Assembly: GCA_964016885.1 (NCBI GenBank)
Contig: OZ024755.1
Span: 23,622,001 to 23,686,000, forward strand
Source of the DNA: Eledone cirrhosa
Taxonomy: Eukaryota
Reading direction: 5' to 3'
DNA: 64,000 bases
Part shown: positions 1 through 12,860 of the stretch, in pieces
How positions within the stretch are numbered: the first letter of the stretch is position 1
Layout: each line of letters begins with the position of its first letter
Program-made: the position numbers and the translations under genes
Notes under the pieces: generated by a model
What the model saw: only the letters and a program-made list of their open reading frames with translations
Databases searched by the model: none
What the model was told of the DNA's origin: nothing

Positions 1-299
1 AGTAATGCACTGAGTATTGCTGCCCTTGTGCCTAAAGTAGAAACAATTATTATTAGACAGTGTCATGTGGTTTGATGGAGATTTAGCTGTTATTTCTGGT
101 TGATTGAGCTACCACGTAGGTGCCCTTTCTTTGGTGCGAGAGATTCTATGTTAACATAAGGAAAATCAGTAAAAAGCAAAAGTTGAATTTTATTTGAGAG
201 TTATTCGAAGAAATGACATTTTGAACATCCTCAAATAATTCTCTTCCCTGAAATTAAAGATATTCCTTTCCATCATAATCAACTATGCCTTTTGAAATC

Positions 300-555
300 T
301 CATCTCATCATCTCATCTGTCCCATAATCTGTTGGACCATTGGGGCACCACAGATAACCTGGCAACCAGCTCCTTCCATTCCTCTCGCCTCTCCACCTTC
401 CTCATGGTTCCACCCAGCTTCATGCCTGTCCATTCCAGGATGTTGTCCTCCCCTCTGTTTTTCTGCCTGCTTCTCTTCCTCCCTCCTTGTACTGTTCCCT
501 GCAGGACAGTCTTGGCAAGCCCTAAAGATCTTGTCTCGTGCCTTTTGGAATACTC
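300..555 (-). mobile_element. 3' fragment of an RTE-clade LINE with a (GATGA)n-like tail
   Basis: Minus translation GLAKTVLQGTVQGGRKRSRQK..EDNILEWTG..W matches the typical RTE/BovB C-terminal pattern; short simple-repeat tail at about 300-318. Confidence 0.75.
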
Positions 556-667
556 ACAACCAAATAAAGACAATGTTATTTATTTAGCCTTCTAATAAAA
601 CACTATTTTTATAATAATAATGAAATTATTGTGTACAGTGTTCAGGTACACTACAAAAAAAAGTAAA

Positions 668-786
668 TGCTTACATCACCTAGGGTTCGCAAGCGGACAT
701 TGATGTAAGTACTAACTAGGCTCGGCGTTGCTTAACTTCGATGATCGGATGAGAACCGGTGTTTTCAGCATGATATAACACCCACA
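668..786 (-). pseudogene. 5S rRNA-derived sequence (diverged copy)
   Basis: Reverse complement contains ATATCATGCTGAAAACACCGGTTCTCATCCGATCATCGAAGTTAAGCAACGCCGAGCCTAGTTAGTACTT...GGTGATGTAAGC, about 119 nt colinear with metazoan 5S rRNA; the 5' end and box C region are diverged. Confidence 0.85.
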
Positions 787-899
787 AAATTGTTAACCAT
801 CTTGCCAACAACAACGCTGAGTACCTTTTTGATTTCCATGTGTCTAACACACGTGGGCATGCCCACAAAGTCAGAAAACAGTACAGTTCTCATGACTTT

Positions 900-1185
900 C
901 GGAAACATTTTTTCACGCTCAGAGTTGCTGAAGCATGAAACAAACTACCTGCATCGGTTGTTAGCTGTCGAGACACTGCATCCTTTAAGGCCTCCATGCT
1001 TCCCGAGACTCGCCAACACTACACCTAATGTTCCCCCTCCATACACATACACACATGTATATCATGACTCATACACTATTCACTTCCCTGACATTTGTGT
1101 ATTATTCTATGTACTATACATGCACCTTTGACGAGTTGTAGTGCACCTGAGCACTTTACACAATAATTTCATTATATTATATTAT
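900..1185 (+). mobile_element. Dispersed retroposon 3' end with (ATT)n tail; other copies at about 611-655 (-), 38460-38750 (-), 63070-63185 (+)
   Basis: Shared terminus TGTAGTGCACCTGAGCACTGTACACAATAATTTCATTATTATT at four places in the window. Confidence 0.7.
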
Positions 1186-2011
1186 ATGGCCGATGCTTTA
1201 TACAATACTTCAAGTAAACTACAGCAATCTCTTATCATGTTAAACAATTTTAGAGATCCTTCAACAGTTAAAATTTGTTTAAAACTAAATATTATACAAA
1301 TTCCACTAGCAAGATAAAACAAACAGAAAACAGAGAGTATTATAGTGATTCTTAAGTTCTATAGAATTTACTAAAAAAGAACGAGGCATAGAAGTGCCAC
1401 TATAAAAGTTGCTGAATGAGGAGAATTCGAGAATTGGTGGGGGATTGGGGACCCACACAAGAGAGACCAATCAAAGGGACCATGCAGACCTGCCAACCGC
1501 TAAAAACCCCAAACATGGAAAAAAATGGGACAAAATGTAGGGGTTTTACGTAATTGTTTCTACTTTTGGCACAAGGCCAGCAATTACCCAGTGCATTACT
1601 GGTACTTTATTTTATCGACGACCCCGTAAGGATGAAAGGCAAAGTTAATGAAAGCTATACCCATTTTCACAAGAGAAGACATCTCTCACCCCCCCCCCCC
1701 CCCAACAAAGTGGGTGGGAGATCTACCCTGTCAGACTGGGAGAGTTGACAGGTCTGTGACAGTAGTATAGTAGCAAGCATAATTAAGGAAATAAAGGTAC
1801 AAGAAGCAGCCGGTTCATCAGAGATAGTTGCTGAGATGATTAAATTATTTGGTAGAGTAGGACATAGGTTATTCCCTTATATAGGTAATCAGGTACTTTA
1901 GGAATGTGTCGTAACCAATGACTGGTTTAACAACATTCCTGCCAACTGCTAGAGGTGCAAAGTTGATGTGCTAGAGAGAGACGCAATTACAGAGGCATAT
2001 AATGATAAACT

Positions 2012-2361
2012 CCAAAGGGTTTTTGGAGTAACATTACTCGATAAAGTGCACAGCTCAAAGATCAGAGAGTCACTCCAGGTAGAGTCGCTACTTCTCCGAA
2101 TTGTGAGATCACAGCTTCGATAGTATGGGCATGTGGTTAGAATGTCTCAAGAAAGAATCGCTGGACAGATTTTACGGGCAAAACCAACTGGCAGGAGACC
2201 CAGGGGTAGACCCCGAGCAAGATAGTTGGATAACATCCATGAGCTTGGTTGGTCCAGCTGGATCAGTTGGAGACATATGCTTCTGACAGGACATTCTGGA
2301 AGAAGTTTTTGAGGACTCTGCCCCCACAACCCTCTCAGGAATAAGTGGGCAAAGAAAAGAA
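2012..2361 (+). mobile_element. RTE LINE 3' fragment, (AAG)n-tailed family; other copies at about 13750-14052 (+), 25263-25625 (-), 45938-46072 (-), 54738-54996 (+)
   Basis: Encodes RSQLR.YGHVVRMSQERIA.QILxAKPTGRRPRGRPRARWLDNI; shared end GAATAAGTGGGCAAAGAAGAAG. Confidence 0.85.
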
Positions 2362-2913
2362 GATATAATTGTTTCTACGTTAGGCACAAGGCCAGCAATT
2401 ACCCAGTGCATTACTGGTACTTTATTTTATCGACCCTGTAAGGATGAAAGGCAAAGTTAACCTTGGCGGGATTTGAACTCAGAAGATATAATGATAGACT
2501 AAGCCATAGGGATTACAGAAGAAGTGACAGCATAATTAATTAGGAACAGAATTAGCATGGATGAGATGCAGTTCAGCTTTATGCTGGAGAGAAGTACAAC
2601 TGATGCCATCTTCTTAGTGAGACAACTGCAGGAGAAGTATTTGCTCCTATATCTAGTATTTGCCAACCTCTTAAAGGCCATTAATTGAGTTATATGCTTT
2701 GTAATTTTGGTAGTTGTTAAGGAAGCAAGTGATAGATGAATGACCTGTGAGTGTGAGCTCCATACACACCATGTACAGAAGTTCCTTCAGCAAGATGAAA
2801 GTTAGCAATGAGTTCTTCAATGAATTTAGTGTACAGGTAGAAGTCCATTAGGGTTTAGTTCCCAGTCCATCCCCACTCATTATTGCCCTCCACACCATAA
2901 TAAAGGAGTTTAA

Positions 2914-3267
2914 CCCTTTAGCATTTAAACCAGCCATATCGAGCCAAAATTCTCTCACTACCACATTAGTAGATTTTCTGCAGTAGCAACTACAATCTAG
3001 AAATTCCATGCTATAACCCATGCACACACATCCATATATATACACATAGTTACATACATACATACACACATACATACACATATACACACCGGTTGCTCAT
3101 ACTGATGTTAAAGTATGATTCTTAAACTAAATATATAGTATCAAAATTTCATAGATTATTATGTGAGATCAAAATTTCATAGATTATTATGTGAGATAAT
3201 TATGTGAGGTAAAGCCTTTACCATGAAAATATAATAGTAAATATAGAGTAATGTAAATGTTAAAGGG
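2914..3267. mobile_element. piggyBac-like MITE (TTAA site, CCCTTTAGCATT termini); other copies at about 6070-6303, 27759-27954, 35848-36072, 61876-62082
   Basis: TTAA|CCCTTTAGCATTTA...TAAATGTTAAAGGG|TTAA; interrupts the old RTE at a duplicated TTAA. Confidence 0.75.
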
Positions 3268-3644
3268 TTAAAGAGGGTTATAGGAAATCCTGTTTGCAGA
3301 TGACCTAGTCTATATAACAGGATCTGTGGAATAATTGAAGAAAAGATTTCAGACATGGAAGCAAAACTTAGAATCAAAAGGCCTCGAAAAAGTAAACACA
3401 GCAAAAACGAAGAAACATAATTTTACTAAGACAGTACTCTGCTACCATCTAGGAAATGGACATGGTTAGTATGCAAAAAACAAATAAAAGAGTAGGTAGT
3501 AACTCCATATGATTGTGGCCAATGTATACACTGGATATGGAAGAGAGGAATCTCATGTCAGCTGACAGAGAAGGTCGACATCATCATTTACAGTGCAGAG
3601 GATTAGTTTGCTGTAATGGTAAACAATCTCCCTAAAATGTGTGA

Positions 3645-3990
3645 AGGCGCATAGCTTAGTGGTTAGAGCATTGGGCTTGAAATCGAAAGGTTGCGAGTTC
3701 AATTCTTGGACCATGTGATACGTTGTGTCCTTCAGCAAGACACTTTATTTCACGTTGCTCCAGTTTACTCAGCTGTAGAAATGAGTTGCAACGTCACTGG
3801 TGCCAAGCTGTATTGGCCATTGCCTTTCCCTTGGACATCATCAGTGGTGTGGAGAGGGGGAGGCTGGTATTGATGGGTGACTGCTGGTCTTCCACAAACA
3901 ACCTTGCCCGGACATGTGCCTCAGAGGGAAACTTTCTAGGTGCAAATCCCAGGGTCATTCGTGACCGAAGGGGGTCTTTACCCTTACCCC
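3645..3990 (+). mobile_element. tRNA-derived SINE, family B; related copies at about 4590-4790 (-), 16720-17030 (-), 36780-36925 (-), 39400-39670 (+), 57710-57927 (-)
   Basis: A-box TAGCTTAGTGG and B-box GAGTTCAATTC, then the conserved core GTGTCCTTNAGCAAGACACTTTATTTCACGTTGCTCC. Confidence 0.8.
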
Positions 3991-5372
3991 CTAAAATGCT
4001 CAGAAGTTTCAATAAAAGTAGTCGATAGCTTTTGTTACCTAGGTAGCATCAATGGAGATGGATGTATTGAAAAAATAATTGCCAGAGTAAGTATGGACTA
4101 GAAGGAGTTTAGAGTGTCATTATTTCTGCTGACAACAAAAAACTTCTCTCTCACAATAAAGATCAGATTGTATGATACCTGTATCATCATCATCATCGCT
4201 TTACATCTATTCTTCCATGCTAGCATGGGTTAGACGAGTTGTCCTGTTGTGGGCAATGCCATGTCTTGCTCATACAGAACTGATTCTGGCTTGGTTTCTA
4301 CAGCTGGGGCCCTTCCTAATGCCAACCTCATTTACTGCATATGACGTGAAATGTGTTGATGGACAGGACTCAAGATTTCTCCATATTTGGTACCATCACC
4401 ATTATTTACTAAGCATCATTCTCTCTATCCATCACATTTGGATTCTTTACTAATATTTACCCATCCTCTATAACCATACACAATACCATAACCACTTTGA
4501 TAATTTTCTCCCTCAACCATCATTCTTGCTCTGATCGATTGGCAAGATCCCAGACCTCATTCGCTTGCCGAATGGGGTGGACCTCATCAAATCAGACCAC
4601 GGAAACAATGTTTCCATTGTCTTACCATTGCTGATACTATCTACCAGTCACAACTCCTGGCAGAAGGAGCAACGTGAAATAAAGTGTCTTGCTCAAGGAC
4701 ATAACGCATCACCTGGTCCAAGAATTGAACTCAGAACCTCATGATTGACAATCCAACTCTCTAACCAGTGAGCCATGCACCTTCACAATAACTCAACCAT
4801 AACTTACATCATCACACTACTCTGATGCTATACATGTACAGCTCATCCACCACCCACCATGACACCTTCCTATAGCTCAATCAGCTTAATCTCTTACCAA
4901 CAACCAGCATGTAGCTGTCACTATCTGTCCCCCATTCTATCACTTTCATCCTCACACTCACCATCATACTTTCATTTTATCTCCCATGAAGCTCAATAGG
5001 GAGAATGAGCCAATCTCACTTTCATGCTTGTGTATGAACTGCAATGCTGCGTGAGAATGAGACTTGGGCTTTGATGGCAGAGGAGGATTTGCAACAACTG
5101 GAAAGAAATGAAGTATGTATGTTTCCCATGATGCAACCTGCCTACTGTTGCAAGAATGACAAAATGGTTGTTAAGATAATGACGATGAAAGCTGGCTGTA
5201 TTAGGCTTTTTGCCAACTACACACCTGTTAAATTTTCATCCATTGCTCTATGTACCTTCCTTCACCCAGTTATTGTTCTCTGCCCCACTGAATGCATCTG
5301 CCTTCTTTTCATTCCATCACCTATTATCTATATTATTATCATTCTACTTCTTTTTCATTTGCACATCTCTAT

Positions 5373-5410
<38 letters not shown>

Positions 5411-5489
5411 TTGCTGCTGCTAATACTTCATGTTTCACTTCTATAAAGTAAAATTGGATGAATTGTGACTTGGAAGAGTCTGTTTTTGG

Positions 5490-5812
5490 TGTGGTTGGAA
5501 ATATTTAAGCATCAAACTTGATCCATCTTGTGGCAAGCTGACCAAGAAGCATAACTGTCGTTGCACGTAAAAGGAGAGTAAGATTTGCTGGCCACTGCCA
5601 TCATGCCTGCTCTGAGGCTGTGTCCCCATTAGTGCTTTGTAAACCTGAAGCAGTCACTAATAACAGGGGGCACAAGCTCTCCTATCCCGATGTCATCGTC
5701 AGAGATTCTGGTATTGAAATCCAGGACTTGGATTGAAATCCATGAATGACAGACCCACGTGGAGTTCAATTGTTGAGTCGATTTTGGCTAGTAGTAGTAG
5801 TAGTAGTAGTAG

Positions 5813-5815
<3 letters not shown>
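5490..5815 (+). mobile_element. 3' fragment of an RTE-like LINE related to the intact element at 19.7-22.8 kb, with a (TAG)n tail
   Basis: Translates to RRVRFAGHCHH...LSYPDVIVRDSG...MNDRPTWSSIV, parallel to [12 protein letters not shown]...[12 protein letters not shown]...[11 protein letters not shown] of the intact ORF. Confidence 0.65.
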
Positions 5816-5843
<28 letters not shown>

Positions 5844-6779
5844 GCTACTACTGCTACTACTGCTGCTGCTGCTACTACTACAACCACCACCTAGGTACAT
5901 TCATTCACATCCTTCTCTTTCATCAGGAATTTTCCAATAATCTTTATTAACACTCAACAAAAGCAATCCATTTTCAAAAAGAGCAACTTCTCTGATATTG
6001 TAAGCCACATCTCTGACTTCCACCATCACAAGGCTGATGGATATAGTGAAACAATTTCCTATTTCATTAATTTAACCTGGCCGTATCCAGCCAGAATTCT
6101 CTCACCTCTCTCTGTTCAAACCGACCATAACTGGCTGCTAATACTTATGTTAAGGTACGGTTCTCAAAATAAATAATATCAAAATCTCATAGATTTAATA
6201 TCATGTGAGATATTCATATGAGATATTTATGTGATACAAAGTGTTTACCATGAAAAAACAATAGGAAATATATTCTAATCGTTTAATGTCCATGCTAAAG
6301 GGTTAAAGCTATGTGAGATAATTATGTGAGATAAAGCCTTTACCATGAAAATACAATAGTAAATATACTACTAATTAATTAATGAAGAATTTTGAGGGGT
6401 TACTAAAATTATGAATTATTTTATTACTAAGAAAGTAACTTAATGCAAGGTTCTTATATAAAATTATGTTGGAAGATTTTAATTTAAATTGGAAACCTTT
6501 AAAATAAGTGGTTTTATTTCATAGAACCAGGGCTGGTTTTGGTTAGGTTGGTAAATAAAGGATGAAATAGTGCTCTTATATCAAGGACTGCACTGTTGCT
6601 CTACTCCACTACTACAACAGCCCTTGTTCCTCTCTACATAGTTTCATACAACACCTGTCACACTCAACTTCATCAATATACCTTTACTCCTCCTTCTTCT
6701 CCTCTGGTGTTTCTCATTCCTCCCACACTGTACTATACTGTGTGTGTTCTGAACTACAAACCACTGGCATTAACCCTTC

Positions 6780-7253
6780 ACACCACCACTACTGCTACAC
6801 CACCATCACCACCACCACCACCACTGCTACATCACTGCTGCCACCACCACCACTGCTACATCACTCCCCTCCACTACCACCACCACCACCACCACCATCA
6901 CTGCCACCACCACTCACTGCTGCTACATCACCGCCACCACCATCGCTATATCACCCCCACCCCCCCACTATCACTATCACCGCCACCACCACCGCTACAT
7001 CACCGCCACCACTACTGCTACCACCATCACGACAACTGCTACATCACCGCCACCACCACCACTGCTACATCACCACCACCGCTACCCCACCACCCACTAT
7101 TACTTAAAATGAACCTCATTACTTTTACTATTATGCCATCACCCCCTACTGTTGCTACTACTACTACTACTATTATTGCTGCTACTACTGCTGCTACTAC
7201 TACTGCTGCTGCTGGTACTACTACCCACTACTACTACTACTACTACTCACTAT

Positions 7254-7284
<31 letters not shown>

Positions 7285-7343
7285 CACTATTACTACCACC
7301 ACCACCACTACTACTACTACTCACTATTACTACCACCACCACC

Positions 7344-7395
<52 letters not shown>

Positions 7396-7415
7396 TTACT
7401 ACTACCACCCATCAC
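6780..7415. repeat. (CCA)n/(CTA)n trinucleotide low-complexity tract
   Basis: Directly visible runs; source of the poly-His/Pro/Thr/Tyr pseudo-ORFs. Confidence 0.95.
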
Positions 7416-7529
7416 CATGTTAACTATTGATGACATAGGTAATGTTAGTTGCTGCATGGTAAACATTACTTATCAGGTTACCAGAATTTCTGTTCTATTA
7501 CTGAAGGTTTTACCTCCCACCCGGCCCTC

Positions 7530-8283
7530 ACCATCTCTCACACACACATACCTTTTATATCTCTCTATCTACCTTTCTCTCTTACCCCTTGTAACTATCT
7601 CTCTCTCACACACACCTTTCATATCTGTCTATCTACCCATCTCTCTCTCTCTCACACACACACATACCTTTTATATCTCTCTATCTACCTTTCTCTCTTA
7701 CCCCTTGTAACTATCTCTCTCTCACACACACCTTTCATATCTGTCTATCTACCCATCTCTCTCTCTCTCACACACACACATACCTTTTATATCTCTCTAT
7801 CTACCTTTCTCTCTTACCCCTTGTAACTATCTCTCTCTCACACACACCTTTCATATCTGTCTATCTACCCATCTCTCTCTCTCACACACACACATACCTT
7901 TTATATCTCTCTATTTACCTTTCTCTCACCCCTTTTTATCTGTCTATCTACCTATCTCTCTTACCCCTTAATTACCAACCATCTCTCTCTCACACACACA
8001 CAGACCTTTTATATCTATCTACCTTTCTCTCTTAACTCTTGCTGACCAGCCACCTCTCTCTCACACACCTAGATAGAGAGATAAAACCTTTTTTTATCTC
8101 TCTATCTGTCTATCTACCTTTCTCTCTTACCTCCCATCTGGCCCTCACCATCTTTCACACACACCTTTATACCTGTCTATCTACCTTTCTCTCTTACCCC
8201 CCCCCAGCCCTCACCATCACACACACACACCTTTATACCTGTCTATCTACCATTCTTTCTTACCCCCCACCTGGCTCTCACCA

Positions 8284-8317
<34 letters not shown>

Positions 8318-8570
8318 CTTTATACCCGTCTATCTACCATTATTTCTTACCCCCCTAAAATAAAGTACCAGTAATGCACTGGGTATTTGCTGGCCTTGTG
8401 CCTAAAGTAGAAACAATTATTTCTTACCTCCCGTCCGGCCCTCACCATCTTTCACACACACATTTATACCTGTCTATCTACCTTTCTCTCTTACCCCCCC
8501 CCCCCCCTCGCCCTCACCATCACACACACACCTTTATACCAGTCTATCTACCATTCTTTCTTACCCCTTG
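7530..8570. repeat. CT/CA-rich minisatellite (about 118-bp dimeric unit, degrading toward the 3' end)
   Basis: Recurring TCTCTCACACACACATACCTTTTATATCTCTCTATCTACCTTTCTCTCTTACCCC. Confidence 0.9.
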
Positions 8571-8779
8571 CTCACTGAGCTTTTTCATCAGCCACAAATA
8601 ACATCAAAGATGTTCCAGCTTCTTCACAAAACATGGTGTCATCTCAAATGTAATTTTGGATAACTGTTGTTATTTTTACAGCTCATGTTACTATTTCTGT
8701 CCTCAGTAACGCTACATTTACTGGCTCTGCTGCTGGTAGTGGTTGCAGTTGTCTTATTGTTTCTTCTTGTTATTATTGG

Positions 8780-9500
8780 GCTTCTGTGTCTATATGTGTG
8801 TATGTCATTGTGTGTGTATGTGACTGCGTGTATGTTAATGTGTGTGTGTGTGTATATGTATGTATGTCAATGTGTGTATATGTGAATGTGTGTATGTCAC
8901 TGTGTGTGTCTGTATGTGTGTATGTTAATGTGTGTATATGTATGTATATGCAAGCGTGGAACATGGACGTTAAACGATGATGATAATGATGATGATGATG
9001 ATCATTATGTGTGGATGTGTGTATATGTATGTATGTCCATGTCATTGTGTGTGGATGTGTGTATATGTGAATGTGTGTATGTCACTGCATATGTCTGTAT
9101 GTGTGTATGTTAATGTATGTGTGTGTATGTGTATGTCATTGTGCGTGTATGTGAATGTGTCATCATCATCATCATCACCGTTTTACGTCCGTTCTGCCAC
9201 GCTAGCATGGGTTGTATATGTGAATGTGTGTATGTCACTGTGTGTCTGTATGTGTGTATGTTAATGTGTGTGTGTATGTGTATGTCATTGTGTGTGTATG
9301 TGACTGTGTATATGTGAATGTGTGTATGTCACTGTGTGTATGTGAATGTGTGTATGTCACTGTGTGTATGTGTGATTGTGTGTATATCACTGTGTGTGTC
9401 TGTATGTGTGTATGTTAATGTGTGTGTGTATATGTATGTATATCATTGTGTGTCTGTATGTGTGTATGTTAATGTGTGTGTGTGTATATGTATGTATGTC
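8780..9500. repeat. (TG)-rich degenerate microsatellite
   Basis: Repeated TGTGTGTATGT(C/T)A motifs. Confidence 0.9.
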
Positions 9501-9504
9501 CATG

Positions 9505-11035
9505 TCTGTGACACCTCCATGACCACTTTACAGTGTAGGCTGGGTGCTTTTTAACATGTCACTTCCTCAACCACTTTACACTGTGTGCTGGATGGATGCT
9601 TTTTGTCATAGCACCTACACGACCACTTTACAGTGTGTACTGGGTGCTTTTTGTCGTGTCACCACGATGACCACTTTATAGTGTGGGCTGGGTGCTTTTT
9701 GTCGTGACACCTCCACAACCACTTTACAGTGTGGGCTGGATGCTTTTTGTTGTGACACCATCACAACCACTTTACAGTGTGGGCTGGATGCTTTTTGTTG
9801 TGACACCTACACGACCAGTTTACAGTGTGTACTGGGTGCTTTTTGTCGTGTCACCACGATGACCACTTTATAGTGTGGGCTGGGTGCTTTTTGTCGTGAC
9901 ACCTCCACAACCACTTTACAGTGTGGGCTGGATGCTTTTTGTCGTGTCACCATCACAACCACTTTACAGTGTGGGCTGGATGCTTTTTGTTGTGACACCT
10001 ACACGACCAGTTTACAGTGTGTACTGGGTGCTTTTTGTCGTGTCACCACGATGACCACTTTATAGTGTGGGCTGGGTGCTTTTTGTCGTGACACCTCCAC
10101 AACCACTTTACAGTGTGGGCTGGATGCTTTTTGTTGTGACACCATCACAACCACTTTACAGTGTGGGCTGGATGCTTTTTGTTGTGACACCTACACGACC
10201 AGTTTACAGTGTGTACTGGGTGCTTTTTGTCGTGTCACCACGATGACCACTTTATAGTGTGGGCTGGGTGCTTTTTGTCGTGACACCTCCACAACCACTT
10301 TACAGTGTGGGCTGGATGCTTTTTGTCGTGTCACCATCACAACCACTTTACAGTGTGGGCTGGATGCTTTTTGTTGTGACACCTACACGACCAGTTTACA
10401 GTGTGTACTGGGTGCTTTTTGTCGTGTCACCACGATGACCACTTTATAGTGTGGGCTGGGTGCTTTTTGTCGTGACACCTCCACAACCACTTTACAGTGT
10501 GGGCTGGATGCTTTTTGTCGTGTCACCATCACAACCACTTTACAGTGTGGGCTGGATGCTTTTTGTTGTGACACCTACACGACCAGTTTACAGTGTGTAC
10601 TGGGTGCTTTTTGTCGTGTCACCACGATGACCACTTTTTAGTGTGGGCTGGGTGCTTTTTGTCGTGACACCTCCACAACCACTTTACAGTGTGGGCTGGA
10701 TGCTTTTTGTTGTGACACCTACACGACCACTTTACAGTGTAGGCTGGGTGCTTTTTAACATGTCACTTCCTCAACCACTTTACACTGTCGGCTGGATAGA
10801 TGCTTTTTGTCATAGCACCTACACGACCACTTTACAGTGTGTACTGGGCGCTTTTTGTCGTGTCACCACGATGACCACTTTATAGTGTGGGTTGGGTGCT
10901 TTTTGTCGTGACACCTCCACGACCACTTTACAGTGTGGGCTGGGTGCTTTTTGTCATGTCCCTCCACGACCACTTTAAAGAGTGGGCTGGATGCCTTTTG
11001 TGATGTCATCCACACGACCACTTTACAGTGTGGAT
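9505..11035. repeat. Satellite array of 38-39 bp monomers in a 192-bp five-monomer higher-order repeat
   Basis: Monomer CACC..CAC.ACCACTTTACAGTGTGGGCTGG.TGCTTTTTGT.GTG; the ORF track repeats at exactly 192-bp spacing (9615, 9807, 9999, 10191, 10383). Confidence 0.95.
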
Positions 11036-11656
11036 TGGGGTGTTTTGTGGGAAAGGTGTGTGGAGATTAAGAAAAATCTTGTACAACCCATATCAGCAAG
11101 GTAAATGAACACAAAACTGATGATGAAAAGCCATGAATTAGGATTAAGCAACATTCAGAGACTAGCGGGTTGTTATATGAACTAGGAGAAAGATGGTTGA
11201 GATAAGAAGTTAAACAGAAGTTTTAAATTAAAATTGATTGATATTTTAATTATGGAAATATTTATAAGATTTTTAAATTTATTTCTGTTTGTTAATCTTC
11301 TATTATAATTCATTCACATAGACCAGGGTTTCCCAAACTTTTTCAAGCACAGAACCCTTTTTGGTTCAGAAACCTTTTGCCACTCTGAGACATGAAATGG
11401 TTCTACAATATTGGTTTCTGATTTAGGCTCAAAGCCAGCAATTTTGGGGATGGGGGAAGTTGATTAAATCGACCCCTGTGCATGACTAGTACTTTATTTT
11501 ATCGACCTCCATAAGGATGAAAACATCAATGTATATATGGGAATGAATGGGCAAACACAGTAGGTTCATGAGTTTATGAATTTCTGGGAAGAAGGCAGGA
11601 GACCATGATATTGAAATTTATATAGATTAAAGTAAAAAAATTTGAATATTCTTGAT

Positions 11657-11880
11657 GATAATGGTTTCTGATTTAGGCACAAGGCCAACAATTTGAGGGG
11701 TGGGGAAAGTCAATTAAATCGTCCCCAGTATGTGTCTGGTACTTTATTTCATTGACCCCCATAAGGATGAAAGGCAAAGCTAATCTTGGTGGGATTTGAA
11801 CTCAGAAAGTAAAGGTCTGTAACTCTATGCCACAAAGCAGGGTGTCTGACGCTCAACCGATACTGCAACTCCACTGCCCT
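11657..11880 (-). mobile_element. tRNA-derived SINE, family A (about 20 full or partial copies, e.g. 1-55, 1551-1650, 2366-2482, 32680-32860, 33677-33897, 38121-38435, 42533-42770, 49235-49445, 52477-52832, 53835-54265, 54480-54668, 56380-56565, 57365-57545, 63196-63580)
   Basis: Head GGCGGTGGATTGGCAGTATCGGTAGAG..GAGTTCAAATCCC, core GCCTTTCATCCTTACGGGGTCGATAAAATAAAGTACCAG (resembles the Nin/Deu-type SINE domain), tail GGCCTTGTGCCTAAAGTAGAAACAATTATTATT. Confidence 0.9.
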
Positions 11881-12860
11881 ATTGTGTTTATATAATAATG
11901 AAATGATGTGTTTCAAATATTATCATTGATTTCACTTCCAATTTACGAACGAGAAACATAATTTTAGCATTTACAAATGAATAACTATTAATTATTTGAT
12001 TATATTTCTCAATAGTGGTGCTATTATGTTAGACATGGCATAGGTCACTAGTGGCGGAAACCGAAGTTTGTTTCAGAGCATTTGTAAGAGTTCTTTTTCT
12101 TCCACTCATTGTCCCTCTAAATTTTAATGTTCTTTCTATTCTATCTGCCAGAAGCAAATTGGTCTACTTTGAGATCTATTTTAACTTTAATTTAGTTATA
12201 ATGACTCAAGTATTTCTTTTATAACATTGATTATCACCACCCTCACTTACAATATTAGTATTTCTACAAATAGACACACAAATACTTGCCTATAGAATCT
12301 TAGAGGAAAGTTCTGTTCTATTAGCCTTCATCAGCATCTGACACCAACCAATGTGTTTCAACTGGCACAATGTCTAAGGCATCCTTTTCACTTTGCCATA
12401 ATTTAATTTCACCTAATCAATAGGTTTCTTTAAAAAAAAACCTTTTTATTTCTTTTTATCATAGGAAATACTTTTCAGATACCTATACATACACAAACGC
12501 ATGCGCATATGCAGATGTGCGCACATTCACACACTTTCACATACACACACATTCACAAACATTGCACATTCATGCTCTTGTTTATTTACACACTTGCACA
12601 TAGACACACACAAACACATGCATATGCACAAGGACATGCATACTCATGCGCACACAAACACATATATATACACACACAGGTACATGCACACACAGATAAG
12701 TACATGAAGAGATACCCATATACACAAGCATATATTTATTTGAGTAGATGTATACATTGAAAATTTTCTTTTCTTTTAGGTAAAGGCAATGGAGTGGTAG
12801 AAAAACTACAGTGGTGAATTAAATGATTTTAAGTAGACTTTCAGTATTTATTTCCATCAT

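Larger units (their letters stand above)
1700..5130 (+). mobile_element. Old, fragmented RTE-type LINE broken by nested insertions
   Basis: Colinear decayed RT motifs: EMQFSFMLERSTTDAIFLVRQLQEKY (about 2560-2640), V.QG..PSPLI (about 2840-2890), LFADDL (about 3290), a Cys-rich C-terminal patch (about 3470-3600) and ENETWALMAEEDLQQLERNE (about 5050-5110); many stops and frameshifts. Confidence 0.7.

Noticed and set aside
668-786. Functional 5S rRNA gene
   Set aside because: Terminal helix and box C region are diverged, it is a single copy, and it is fused to a retroposon tail.
3645-3720. tRNA gene calls for SINE heads
   Set aside because: A and B boxes are present, but the sequence continues into SINE core and tail without a proper acceptor stem.
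6596-7430. 275-aa His/Pro/Thr/Tyr-rich ORF and overlapping frames
   Set aside because: Trinucleotide repeat tract open in several frames; no splice or domain evidence.
9505-11035. CRISPR-like appearance of the 38-39 bp array (also the 31-bp and 37-bp arrays)
   Set aside because: Monomers are contiguous with no unique spacers, there are no cas genes, the context is eukaryotic, and the monomer traces to a retroposon.
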